A stretch of DNA of 64,000 nt from Minutocellus sp. GHC0000111 (taxonomy: Eukaryota). Positions 1-11,993 of this stretch are shown piece by piece. The notes below the pieces were generated by a model that saw only the letters and a list, made by a program, of their open reading frames with translations, was not told where the DNA came from and made no database searches. How positions within the stretch are numbered: position 1 is the stretch's first letter; each line of letters begins with the position of its first letter. Position numbers and translations under genes: made by a program. Location of the stretch: assembly GCA_977018835.1 (NCBI GenBank), contig OZ361260.1, positions 558,001-622,000 on the forward strand. The letters are read 5' to 3'.

Positions 1-112
1 CAGAGACGCCTTTAAATAGCAATACTAGACTAGCGAGTTTATATAACATGTGTCATATGTGGTCTTAATCGTTTATGTGCAATGTGTATAAAATAAGTGA
101 GTCAATGAAAGT

Positions 113-1234
113 TTATGCCATGCTCAACCTGCGAGTCTGCAGTTTGGCAAGGCGGGTCTTTGCGGCGCTTTTCAGATAGTCATTGAGATGCTGCACCGGG
201 CAAGTACCATCGGCCACCTTGCCATAGTAGTACATCGCCTTCTCCTTGTTCATATTTACAGTGACATGTCCAAAGTGATACCAGCAAGCTAAGTTCCAAT
301 TGGCGAGGTCGGAACCGAGGCCGGCGGCAAGGCCCGATAGCATGAAGCCCTCACAAACATTGCGGTCCGTCCCCCACCCCTCAACCAGACACGATCCTGC
401 ACTGGCCATGCCCTTGGCATCGTTCGCGTCGGCGGCTTTTTTAAAGTACTCGAAGCCCACCTTCTTGTCGACATCAAAACCGTGCCGACCATGAAAATGC
501 CACTGGCCGACTTCCCACATGACTGAAACATCCCCTTCATTGGCCCTCTTGACGTAGTCCTCGACCATCTGCTTGGTCTCCATTCCCTTCCTCCATGCAT
601 CGGCATAATCTCCGTGGATGACATCGTTCTCGATGAGGTGGCGAATCGTGTTGCGAACATGGATGGCAGGGAGGAGAGTCTGACCCATCAGGGCATTCGT
701 CATCGGACTTCGGACCTTGGGCAACTTTCTCTTGGGAACATCGGTTTCGCCGGCGACACGGCCACGCTGCAGACGCTCGCCGCCAACTCCCACGCTAAAC
801 CCACCGAGCCGAAAGCTGAAGCTACCAAGGACGTAGTCCAGAACGCCACGCCAATATTCATAAATGCCTCCTCCCCGACCAGCACCAGCACCAGCGCCAG
901 CGATTGGACTGCCGGGTTCGGCCACCGGATTTTCCCAGAAGTGCTTCTTGATGGCCGCCCGCTCGTAGGTGCACCCGTCCTCGGCGGTCACCGGGTCAAT
1001 GGGCAATTCACGGGTGATAGGGCACAACAATTCCTTGACAACAAAGTCGCCACCGACATGATGCTTGGCCCGCTTGGTGTGCTTGGATGGGTCAACAGCG
1101 TCGGCACCGGCGTCTTCGTCCCGTGGCCGTTTGTTGCTCGTTGAGTTAGACTCCATGTTCTCAGTTTTTGCCAAATCACTGCTGGGCATGTTCGAGTTGG
1201 ACTGTTCCACGGCCACGCTCTCACTTTGTGTCAT
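113..1234 (-). CDS. U-box E3 ubiquitin ligase with C-terminal Sel1-like repeats
   Basis: U-box motif LLCPITRELPIDPVTAEDGCTYERAAI...SPMTN..LLP...RNTI, followed by Sel1-like repeats (VGQWHFHGRHGFDVDKKVGFEYFKKAA; GSCLVEGWGTDRN; LACWYHFGH...KAMYYY). First ATG at 1234. Confidence 0.85.
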   Translation of the reverse strand: MTQSESVAVEQSNSNMPSSDLAKTENMESNSTSNKRPRDEDAGADAVDPSKHTKRAKHHVGGDFVVKELLCPITRELPIDPVTAEDGCTYERAAIKKHFWENPVAEPGSPIAGAGAGAGRGGGIYEYWRGVLDYVLGSFSFRLGGFSVGVGGERLQRGRVAGETDVPKRKLPKVRSPMTNALMGQTLLPAIHVRNTIRHLIENDVIHGDYADAWRKGMETKQMVEDYVKRANEGDVSVMWEVGQWHFHGRHGFDVDKKVGFEYFKKAADANDAKGMASAGSCLVEGWGTDRNVCEGFMLSGLAAGLGSDLANWNLACWYHFGHVTVNMNKEKAMYYYGKVADGTCPVQHLNDYLKSAAKTRLAKLQTRRLSMA

Positions 1235-1581
1235 TATTATCTCCCAAGGATACAACGATTTGGTAAATTAGCTGCGGTAATTCCTGATAAATGACACTGA
1301 TGAGCAGTCAAGGACCGCGACCGGCCGTTCGGAATTACTTGCGATCGTTTGCCGCCCCCCTCTTGCTTTGCGCTTCCGCGGCGTTGCTGTTTCGAGTTTC
1401 GACACTCCTCAACCAAATTTTCCCCTGTATTTAGCCTCAACTCTTAAAGTAGAGGAGTAATTATCATCAGCATAGCACCATGCATGATATCGGCAAATTA
1501 TCATGCCATTGTGGCTGACCTGTGGCATTGCTGCTGACTGTTCCTCTCTGAGTAAAAGAAACTTGGCCGTCCGATAGCATT

Positions 1582-2256
1582 ATGTCTGAAGTCGACAAGC
1601 CGGCAGAGAAGAAAGACGATGAAGCCGAGAGAGCCCCCAAAAGGAGCCGCTCTGATGCAGACACCAACGCCACCAACGCCAATCCGACAAAAGTGGACGA
1701 ATCATTTACATCTCTCAAGTCCAGAATGAAGGAAAGTATGTCTAAGGATGGCATAATCAACATGGTTCAGGAGATATGGGAGAGCGAACATGCCAGCAAA
1801 CAGACTCGCGAGCTCATATTCGACACGATCAAGTGCAAGCATGAGGAGAGAATGGCCAAGCTGAGGGACTCATGGATGCCCGCTAATGACCAGACCATCA
1901 TGCTAAATTACGACTGGAAGAGTGAGGATAGCCGGTTCATCTTCAAGGTCAAGAGTGTGATCGATAGCAAGTCCAAAACAATAATGTTGCAAGGCGAAGG
2001 AATGGAAACAGAGGTGACGGTTGAAGACCTGAAAGAAATGCTGGAAGAAGGTGGTGTGGAGGAGTTGGAAGACGAGGAATTTGGTTGCGAGGAATGCGGC
2101 GTCGGCGGATCGACGCTGTCTATATTTGTGGAGTACAAGGAAAGTGAAGACAAATATCGCCTATATACTGAGAGTGGTATTATGTGTGCCTGTATGAATG
2201 CCTATCCCGAGCGCAATGGTGGAGGGAAAGAATATTATTATGCGATTGAATCATAA
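1582..2256 (+). CDS. hypothetical protein (224 aa)
   Basis: ATG-initiated single-exon ORF with natural composition, divergent from the U-box gene; no recognisable domain. Confidence 0.6.
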   Translation: MSEVDKPAEKKDDEAERAPKRSRSDADTNATNANPTKVDESFTSLKSRMKESMSKDGIINMVQEIWESEHASKQTRELIFDTIKCKHEERMAKLRDSWMPANDQTIMLNYDWKSEDSRFIFKVKSVIDSKSKTIMLQGEGMETEVTVEDLKEMLEEGGVEELEDEEFGCEECGVGGSTLSIFVEYKESEDKYRLYTESGIMCACMNAYPERNGGGKEYYYAIES

Positions 2257-2414
2257 TTGATATTCATTTGAAGGATAAAACATGGAAGATTCTACATGGT
2301 TCCACCATGTCCTCTATCATTCTCTTCTACCAAATAAATTATTGTATTACATGCATGTAGAAATTTCTACCAATCTTCATTCCACCTCATACCTGTAGAT
2401 CCAGCTATGCAGCT

Positions 2415-5126
2415 CTAGATGTCAAAAGACATGTCCTCGGAACGCATTCCTGCATAATGCGGCGCTTCTTCGCCGTAGCCTCCACCGGCACCGCCATACT
2501 GATCCACATCGTCTCGGTAGTCATATCCATATCCACCTCCACCTCCACCGGTACCGCCGTAGTAATCCTCTCCTCCAGTCCCTGCGTACGCCCCCCCACC
2601 GCTATGATAACGGCTTGAATTTCTCTCCACAGACACACCGGGTCTTCTCCGGCTGGCGGATCGACGACCATCGTCTTGCCCGCCTTTGCTCATGGAATTT
2701 TTGAAGCTGAACATCTTGGACTTCTTCTTGAGGCCCTCCACCTTCATTGACATTTCCTGATTTTTTGTCACCTGCTTGGAATATCCCTTGAGGTTCTTCT
2801 TAAGCTCTCTCGTACTCTGCTTCTGCTGTTTCCTTTGCTTTACAAAAGCCTCTCGCTCCGCCTGTCGGGCCAATGTTGCCTTCTGCTGATCGGCATCGAG
2901 CTTGAGCAAATGCTCACGTTTTTGCTGTTCCGTCATAGCCCTGGCCTGTTCCGATGCAAACATGCGCTGAGCAACTTCCAATTCCTTAGCTTGCTTTTCC
3001 AAGGCAGCCTTCTGCGAAGCCTCGAACATTTGTAGTCGAATCCGCTCAGCCTCGATCTCCTTTTGCAAGCGCTTCTTGTCAGCTTCATTTTTCTTCACAG
3101 CATCAATCTGCAGCCTCTCAATTTCCTGCGAACGAAACAAAATGGGATGAATTACAAGGCAATATGGAGAATTGTCAACGGTAAGAGAGGGGAAAATACG
3201 AGGGATATTGCCCAGTGCGTGCGCAGCAAAGATTCCAAAATTAAATGAATCGATATCGAGCATCTCACCTTCATCTTCTCCTTGACGAGACGCTGGTGCT
3301 GCCTTTCGAGGTCAGAAAGATACTTTTCTTGCTCCTCCTTGGCTTGATTGAGCGCTCTGGCTTGAATCTTTTGTCTCTCATCAAGACGCTTCTGCTCCCG
3401 CTTCATCTTGGCTGAGAACTGTCTCTTCTGTTTGACTTCTGCCTTCAGAAGCGCTTCGACCTGCATCTTCTTTCGATGTTCCTGCTCCACATGCGCCTTT
3501 TCCAGACGTTTCTTCTCCATCACAAGCTTCTTTGCAGCCTTCTTCTCGTCCTTGGACTTGAATTTTGTTGGAGTGAAATTGTCCGTGGCGACCATCTTGT
3601 CAAACTCATGAGAACCAACGGCCATATCGTTGTCGCTGGTCAGGAAGCTGTTGGTGTTGGTAGGATTCCTCGGGCTTTCGCCTCCTTCTTCATCGCCAGC
3701 ATCTCTACTCATCATACCATTGCGCCCGTGTTTGACGGGGGACATTGGCCGGCTCCTTGATTTGCTCAAACCGGCAGGTCCACGCTTGAAGTTTTTGCCA
3801 TTCTTTGTCGGCTTACCTGTTGATTTCGAGGCATGAAGGACGGAATAGAAAAATTAGAAAGGACCGAAGGGAAAACACACTTACTTGCGATAGAAAGGAA
3901 ATGGCGAAACTCACTCTTATCGAACATTCCCTCAAAGCGACTGCCATCCGGTCGAATCAAAACGCCAAAGCCCTGTCGGAATCCATTTACCCATTCGCCT
4001 TCGTATTGCTCTCCGGTCACTGTCTGGACCCTACCCTTACCGTGCTTCTGCCAGTTGGAGAAGTTTCCCTCGTATAGATTTCCTTCGGCATCCTGTACGC
4101 ATGCGTGTCCTGGAGTCGAAACCAACAGAAAAAGAAAGGATAAAGATAAATGCCATGGTTAGAATTCGCATCCTTCGATTGCCAAAAGCTCAGTGCGCAT
4201 CATTCCCCGCCTAGCATAAACGTACCATTTTTGACCATCTGTAGTGTTCCATGGTGCCAGCGACCCTCGAACATACCCGTGCCATCTCTTCGGATGACTT
4301 TAGCATCTCCATGAGGCTGATGGTCTTGCCACATACCTTCGTAGCGGTCGCCACTTTTGGCATAGTGGATGGTACCGAGGCCATCGCGTTTGCCCCCGAG
4401 CATTTGGCCAGAATAGACGTTGCCGAAGGCATCAGCTTGGTTTTGCACCAGGACCCGTCCGGCATTGGTATTGGTATCATTGGCGCCAGCGTCACTGATC
4501 ATGGACAGGTTGCCCATAGTCTTTTCTTCGTCCTCGTCGTCACTTTCGGCTCCGCCGCAGCCGTTCGCAACGCAGGACTTGATCTGCCGGGAGATTCCTG
4601 TCATCACGAGATCGAAAATGGATGGGTCTTCATCGCCATCATCGCGCGCTTTTGAGTTTCTCGACCCTTTGCTACTGTTTCCAGATTGGCTACTTCGCCC
4701 TGTTTCGTTCCCGGCATTGTTGGGAATTGGAGCACCGCCACCCGGGAAGGCACCGAATGGAAGCGGCGGAAGAGCGGTAGGATGACCACCATAGTAGTTT
4801 GCAGCGCCGGGAGGAAGAGGAGGAGCGACACCCCTAGTAGGGCGGTGGGGAACAAATGCTGTGGTATCTCCCATTTCGGCAGATGCTCCGGGAGATCCTC
4901 CCATGGCACCAGCACCCCCAAAGTTGGGTATCGTCGTGGCGCCGGCATTACCTTGCGTATTGTAGTTTGTCATTGGAGCAGCCATTGCGCGACCGCCAAA
5001 GCCACCTCCGGCGGCAGCCATCTGAGGTGGATAGTGTTGAGGAGCGACGCCGCCACCGTAGCCGTAGCCACCTCCATATGGGGCACCGCCGGGTTGCGGT
5101 GGATATTGTTGCTGCTGCTGATCCAT
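2415..5126 (-). CDS. MORN-repeat protein with C-terminal coiled coil (4 exons)
   Basis: MORN repeats (YSGQMLGGKRDGLG, YEGMWQDHQPHG, YEGNFSNWQKHGKG, YEGEWVNGFRQGFG). GT-AG introns at 4225-4110, 3914-3817 and 3268-3126 join four ORF segments in frame. Confidence 0.8.
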
Positions 5127-5888
5127 CGTTATCAATCAAATCCTCAAAAGCTCAAATAATTGCTTTGGTTGGAAGATAAAACAAAGAAGCAGTGCCTCCC
5201 TTGGTCAGATCCAATCACAAAATAGATCGATTGCGCGATGCCCACTTGGTGATGAGATATCTGCACAAACTACCAGTATGAACAGTCGATGCCCGTCAAA
5301 TGAATCACGAGATCAGCGGCCAGCGGCGATTGTCCTGCGATTGCCCTGGTTCTTCATGTCGGTGCCTGCGATTTTGTATGGGCCGAAAAGAGCTTTCCAT
5401 CACAAGGGCTTTTCCCTCTCTTATGACGACGAAATGACATCACCGAAATGAATGGTCAGAAGAATTTGACTCGATCGACTGCAAGACCACCATAACAGCA
5501 AGGCTTGACCAAAAAGGCTGCGTGGCGGTGAGTGACCGTACAGTGTATTCCCATCGATACATGTAAGGCTTTAGATGTAGATCTAATTCCTACTAGTGAC
5601 ATCTAATTCACAACCCTACTTTAGCTGCACTCAAAATACCATGGTAATATTGTCAGCACCGGTTCCACTGACAAGAAGTCGTCAGTGGACCGACCGCCGA
5701 CAGACAAAACACAAACGAAGTGATCGCTTTTACGGAAACAAAAAAAGCGGCAAACTTTCCGCCCATGAAGTGAACTAGATCTAGGAATTCCTACCGGCAC
5801 ATGATCACAGTAGCTAATACCGGGAACTCTGCAACTCTTCCGGTAACTCTGCAACTCTTCAAGGCTCACGTGCGTCAAAATTCTCCAG

Positions 5889-7764
5889 CTAGTCGAGGCC
5901 AAACGCTTCAAGGGTTGCCACCAGTACCAGGGACAGCGGGAAGATTGACAAAACCAAAAGACCTTGAAAGCTTGACATTTTGTTTCGTTGAACCAAAATT
6001 CCCATGAGTACCTCTACCAGCACAATCGCAATCGTCTCTGCGGTATACTGCCATGCCAAACCCCGGAAGTATACCAGGCCCATGAAGATGGATAGACAAA
6101 AGGTGTTGTTCATGGATGCGGCACCCTCGAGCGCCGTCAAGCTGACAGTAATCGTCTTGCGCGTCTTCTTTGCAGCATAGTATTGCGACGCAATGACTTC
6201 TGAGGCGTTCGATGCCAGCGGTGCGAGTACAAATGCGACATAGAACGAATTCAGACCTGCACGGGAAGCGATCTCCTGCATCACATCAACCATCGGATCC
6301 GAGAAAATCAAGACCAGTGTGGTACCGATTGCCAGCATAATGAAGGCCCTTTGTTTGATGATGCGTTGCTGTTCATGAGGGGGCAGACTCGTGATGTCCT
6401 CAGGCACTTCTTCTTCCTCCTCCTCCTGATCACCACCATCACCTTCAAACATGTTGTTGAGCATCAAATCTCGTGATGATCCCGTTTCAGAACCATTTGC
6501 ACCACCAACAGCATGCTCGGAAAGCTGGCCTCCTCCCTGCTCCTTTCGATTTGCATGAGAATGATGCTATAGACCATGCCGATGAATTCTTCTTCATTGA
6601 TCGCCCCGCTATTGTCGACGTCGTAGCGGCTAAATATGGCATCGACATCGCGTTCGGAAATTTCTTCATGGAAGTCAGTCAGAAAGACACTGGCCTCCGA
6701 CTTTTCGAGGAGCGAGTTCTTATCCTTGTCATACTTCATGAACGATTCATTCAAAAGCTCCCTGAGATATTCCTTCGTCTCCGGTGGAGGGTACCACTTG
6801 GTATCATCGTTCGAATCTGTTAAGCTCTGGTAACCGCCCGATGTGGACGAGGAACCGCCAAATTCAGGGGCGCCGTGCGTCTTGATTGTGTCGGCGAGGG
6901 CACCGCTAAGACTAACCTTCCCATCGGTTAGCAACTTCTTCATGATGGCCACCCGCTTCAATTTGTCAGTCCCCTTCTTCGAGATGCGAAGCTGGAGAAG
7001 GAGGTAGCTGACAAAACCGATGAGACAAATGATCAGACCACTAAGTGCCCAGTACTTTTCTCCCTCGGCGACGTCTTCGGCCGGGCCGTGGAGGAACAGC
7101 GCGGGTACCTGGATCAGGAAATAGGGGATGGTGGTCATGACCATGATGATTCCGCCGTGCTGCACTTCCTTATTCAACGCAACGCCACTCATGAACAAGG
7201 TCTGGCGCATGTCCTGGTCCGGGTTGAGCTTGGGCTTGCCCATGTAGTTCAGCGTGCCGTCGGCGTTGATATCAACCCGGCCGCTCATCACCGAAAGGGC
7301 CCAGGGAACCGTCAGGAGCATGATGATACTACCCGCCAAAGCACCGACTCCGACCGATAGCGTCTCCTGGGCCTGTTCGATATCGCCTAGCCCAGAGAAG
7401 AGGATGATTGCACCATCGGGTACCGCGCCAAGAATCGGAAGGACGACCCCGCCGACGAGGCCAGCCATCGATGGGATCAGCAGGAGCAAGTCCGACCCCT
7501 CGGCAATCAAGTTGGAGGAATAAAAGAGGACATATCCATACGTGAGGAATAGCCAAAGCAGGCCCGTCAGGCCAACCTCACTCGGTTCCTGTTGTTCGTG
7601 GTAAGATGAGGAGGGTCGAAAGGAATTAGATACAGCCATGAACGGATAGAAAGGCCCGCACCATTCACGCAAAAGATACGGCCAGAAACCAATGAGTCAG
7701 TCGTCTATTTCCCCGAACGCTGACCGCCAGCCACCGGAAAACTCACAATGGCTGGAAATCCCAT
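5889..7764 (-). CDS. Na+/Ca2+ exchanger-like (NCL/EF-CAX type) protein with central EF-hands
   Basis: Alpha repeats LPILGAVPDG and LAPLASNASE; EF-hands DKDKNSLLEKSE and DVDNSGAINEEE. Short exon MGFPAI, then intron 7746-7589. A 1-nt frameshift near 6545 in an A-run is probably an assembly error. Confidence 0.85.
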
Positions 7765-8182
7765 GGCACAGAGAAGTATTGAAAGAGCTTGTGGTGTGCT
7801 ACGTGCAGATACTAGTAGCAGTAATGGCAAACAAGGAATGAATCGCAGCTCCAGGTCGGCAGGTGCAAGATTTAGGCACCGTGCTGGGCCGGTGCGGTGT
7901 TGTACTACGTAGCTACGTACGTACGGTTGTATCGGCTACGGCCTACGTACGGAAGCGAACCCAACCTGCACTTTCATGCCAGCACACCGAACCTTTGGTT
8001 CTGGTTGGCTTGACACCGACGCATCATCGCCGTGATGCCATCACGACGTATATCTTTCACCGCACGCGCGCCGAGCTCACAATAATCCAAAACTTTCCAA
8101 GCCAACAAGCAACATCCACAACCATCAATCACCTCAGGTTCCAGTAAAGCTGCAGCATATCAAAGAGAACTATTCTCCAACC

Positions 8183-8590
8183 ATGATCCATCGCCAAGTA
8201 CTCCTCGTCGCATTGCTCGCCACCTCCTCACAGGCATTCGTTGTCAGCAGGGCTCGTCCATTGCGTCAAGCAATCAGAACCTATGCCCTCTCCGATCATG
8301 GTCCCAACAAACCAGGCAAGCTCCCAATCCACCATCTCGACCCGCACCCAACCTCCTCGAGCGTCGAACATGGCGTAGTAGGAACGGCACCAGCACCGAC
8401 CGGAAAGCAAGATCCGGATGGCGTCGTCGAACATGGTGTCATCGGTGTCGACCATCCAATTCTGGGCGATTCACATGATCCCCATGGTCCTGTGGAGCAC
8501 GGTCTCATGGCCGAGAAGGCCGGCAGGAAGCCCAACCTCGACGCCCACCCGACTAGTGCCAGCGTCGAGCACACCCTGCTTCGCCCGTAG
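8183..8590 (+). CDS. small His/Pro-rich repeat protein, probably plastid-targeted
   Basis: Signal peptide ending SSQA-F, an Arg-rich transit-like segment, then four (D/H)P....VEH(G/T) repeats. Confidence 0.7.
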   Translation: MIHRQVLLVALLATSSQAFVVSRARPLRQAIRTYALSDHGPNKPGKLPIHHLDPHPTSSSVEHGVVGTAPAPTGKQDPDGVVEHGVIGVDHPILGDSHDPHGPVEHGLMAEKAGRKPNLDAHPTSASVEHTLLRP

Positions 8591-9338
8591 GTAAGCCAGT
8601 AGGCGCTACGTAGCTAAGTAGCTTGCAGGCGAAAAAGAATAAAAGACATCATGCTGAAAGATAATGAAAAAAGAAAACATACTGAAAATATATATGTGCC
8701 GGGGTAACTTCGAATATGCTACCAAGCCAAGGTACACACCTACATGCCAAAGAGTAATGTGTGTGTAATAGAAAATAAGTAAAGGTGAAGGGGAAACGGT
8801 CATCTCTTTGCCACTTGCAGAGGATAACCGAACCATGTACTCAATTGTATAAAGATTCACCAGCAATAGAGAAAAAAAGATAAAATAGAATCACATGCAT
8901 GTCGACCGTTTCTTTGATTTCCCTTTTGTTGCAGGTTCGGAGGGAGAGACGTTTCTGTACATTTTAGAAGACCAGCTCGTGCTGATCTACCCACAGGCAG
9001 CCACTGCTGGGAGATATCGATAGAAACTCAATCGTTTTGGATGGTAAGAGAAAGGAAATACTACAATGGCGACTTTTGCCACAGAGCCGATTCCCTATAA
9101 TATTATGCCTGCAGATTCACTTCGGATTTATCCCCGCAACATCACGTAAAGAATCTCGATGCCGGTATTCCAACGAAAAGGGACCAAAGAGAATTCAATT
9201 TCGACCCCAAAATAACTTGCAAACATTTTCCACCGCTTCACCGGTAGCCACCAATTCAAAATCGTCCGCGCGACCAACCTTCTGCATCAACTCCATTCAT
9301 TCAAATAACATTCCAAGTCATCATATCATATCAATTGT

Positions 9339-10421
9339 TTACGATCGCTTGCTCTTCTTGGGCTTGACGTAGGACTGAACATAGAACTGAGCGAAGAGGA
9401 AGAAGAGACTCAAGATGTAAACGAGGTAGACGAAGATAACACGGAGGCTGGTCTTCTCGCACTGAGTGGCGAGGAGGAAGGTGGCCTGGCTCATCATGGT
9501 GACGAACTGGATCATCTGCATGAGGGTGAGGTAGGACTTCCACCAGATGGGAAGGGACTTGCCGGTCTTGTAGTCCTTGGTGTGCATGCAGATGAAGTAG
9601 TAGGTGTACATGACGGTGTGGATAAAGCCGTTGAGGAAGATGGTGAGGTAGATGTCTCCGTCGTAGTTGACGTGGGAGTTGAGCCAGTAGAAGAGGAAGA
9701 TGGTGGTGTGGTGGTAAACATGGAGGAAGGAGAGCTGGCGCCACTTCTTGCCGATGACGATGAAGATGGTGTCCCAGAAGTCCCAGACCTGTACGTGGCA
9801 GAAAATAGTGATAGGTTCAAGGCGGCAGAAATTAATTGGGGTAGGGAAAAATGATGATATTTCGAGAGAGGCAACTCAACTAACAAGAGCAAGGGACTGG
9901 TCATTTGTGCTTCCTGCATGTCACGGCGTCATGGCGCCTCTTTTGTAACGCCCCCGCACAACGATCGTCCTAGCTAGATTCAACTTTTGCCCACAATCAC
10001 CGTTATTATAGCGAAACACAGCCACGCAGGTGCATAGTAAATCACATACCTTGGAAATGTAGAACAACCAGAGGAGGTTGGCAAGGGGGGGATTGGTGGT
10101 GTCGTAATCATTGCACGGGAGGACGGTGTAACCGTTGCGGTAGGCAAGGAGGAAGGCCTCGATGGTCATGTACGCGCACAGCATGATCTGCGAAACGTTG
10201 TAGATGAACTTGAGGGGGTAGGGGTCCATGGCGGGAAGGCCGGAGTACTTCATGACGGCCGAACCGATGATGACGAAGCCAACGTAGACGGAAGCGACGG
10301 TGGCGGCCGAGGTAAAGTCGGTGAGGAACCAGCCCTCGGTGTAGCCGCGGAACTGCTTCTCAGAGTCGGCCCATTCCAAGATGGAATCGCCGATGGGCTC
10401 CAGAGTGTCACTAAGGCTCAT
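9339..10421 (-). CDS. ELO/GNS1-family polyunsaturated fatty acid elongase (delta-6-elongase-like)
   Basis: Motifs KVWDFWDT, QLSFLHVYHH, HTVMYTYY, TLMQMIQF and a C-terminal Lys-rich tail. One intron at 10049-9789. Confidence 0.92.
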
Positions 10422-10744
10422 GGTTGCTGTATTCTCTTGCTTATTCCCAAGTAACCGGAGGGTAAAGGCGGCAAAACGAGTCGAGAGGTCGAGTCGATAC
10501 CGGGCAAAAAATTGAAGTCGTCCATGGCATGGCGGTTTCCGCCAGGAGTTGAAGGACAGACGAAGTACGTGGCGTCTCCGGGTTTCTTTCAGCATGCTCC
10601 TTTCTCTTTATGCCTCTCGCGCGCGCCGATGACGAGTGAGTGATGACGAAGCAAGGCGAGCGACGGTACGCAGGGGGAAGACCGCAACGGCATAATTTGG
10701 GATAATACGCATACTAATACACACTGATTCGCGCACATAATAAA

Positions 10745-11353
10745 ATGAAGGGCTCGATAGTTCTCAGCGCACTCTGCCTTGTAGCACAGGCCCATGTTGC
10801 GTCTGCTTTCGCCCCGATACAGCAGCTGGCTACAAGCAAATCTGATGGTGTTGCAGCATTCGCCACCCATCAGATGAAGAGTAGCAGAGCGGGAAGAGTG
10901 GTGCTCTCAATGTCGGATGGTGATGGGAATGATAGCATGTCCAGCGAAATGTCAGCGGCGGAGGTATCGGCTGCTGCCCCGTCCTCTCCTCCCGCCGCCT
11001 CGCCTATCGCCGAATCCAAGAGCGATGTGCCACTCGACGTGCCCAGTCCGATCCTACTTGCTGGATCGATGGTCCTGGCCATCGTATCGACCGGATCGAT
11101 CTTCGAGCTCCTCAGCGGAAGTCCTCAGTATGGCATGGTCCCGACTGCGCTGTTTGCTGTTGTTGGTACGCCCCTATGCTTCTTTTTGTTCTATGCGGCA
11201 ATCCTCAAGGGCAATGCTGAGACGGAAGCCGATGACCAACGGTTCATGGACAGCAGCAAGAATAGCAGTTCGGGATTCTTTAGAGATTCTCGGCGAGTTG
11301 GCAGTGCCTTTCTTTTGGTACATGCTGCGCTAGTATTGGTCAGACCTAAGTAA
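10745..11353 (+). CDS. plastid-targeted small two-TM membrane protein
   Basis: Canonical ASAFAP presequence (AHVASAFAP) and two hydrophobic helices. The true stop may be the TAG at ~11281-11283 if a T-run is miscalled. Confidence 0.75.
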   Translation: MKGSIVLSALCLVAQAHVASAFAPIQQLATSKSDGVAAFATHQMKSSRAGRVVLSMSDGDGNDSMSSEMSAAEVSAAAPSSPPAASPIAESKSDVPLDVPSPILLAGSMVLAIVSTGSIFELLSGSPQYGMVPTALFAVVGTPLCFFLFYAAILKGNAETEADDQRFMDSSKNSSSGFFRDSRRVGSAFLLVHAALVLVRPK

Positions 11354-11993
11354 CTTCATAGAGAAGAGTGCAAAGAGAACAAAAACATGAGAAGTTCTTC
11401 TTTCTTTTCACCATTTTTTTGCACATGAGTTCTGCCCTCCTCTTGGAACTCCATTGAGTCGCATGAACAGCTGAGTACCTACATTTTCCTGAAAGTATCG
11501 CAAATATGGAAGAAGGAAGGGACGATAACTGCAAAAAAGAAGGCGGCATAGCAAGATAATATGTTCCGGTATGCACCACGGCGTACTTTCTCTCCAGAGT
11601 GAGTGAGATCGAGAGCTGCTTGCATTGGATTATGGTGCGGCGCACATTTCTTTTTCTCCATTTTGCGCCAAGAATCAAAACTATGAGTGACGTGGTCACA
11701 CACGGCCGGCCCACCAAAAACGACGACACGCTCTCTCTCTCTCGAATGCGAAAGCAACGGTGAGAACAAATCGAGAAGCGGGGGCCGAAGCGAGAGAAGG
11801 ACGAGATACTACTCAGTATTCCGGCCCACCTCCCTTCATTCTGTTTCAACCGTTAGACCTGCAGTTCCCCACTCTTCGCCCGCCTACCTCCGCGGTCCAA
11901 TTGTGTACGCCGTATCTTGAGAATTCTTGTTCGGAGCACTGTCCTTCAATTTACCTGTTTTGTGCACATCCACCACCCCGACAAACCAAACAA

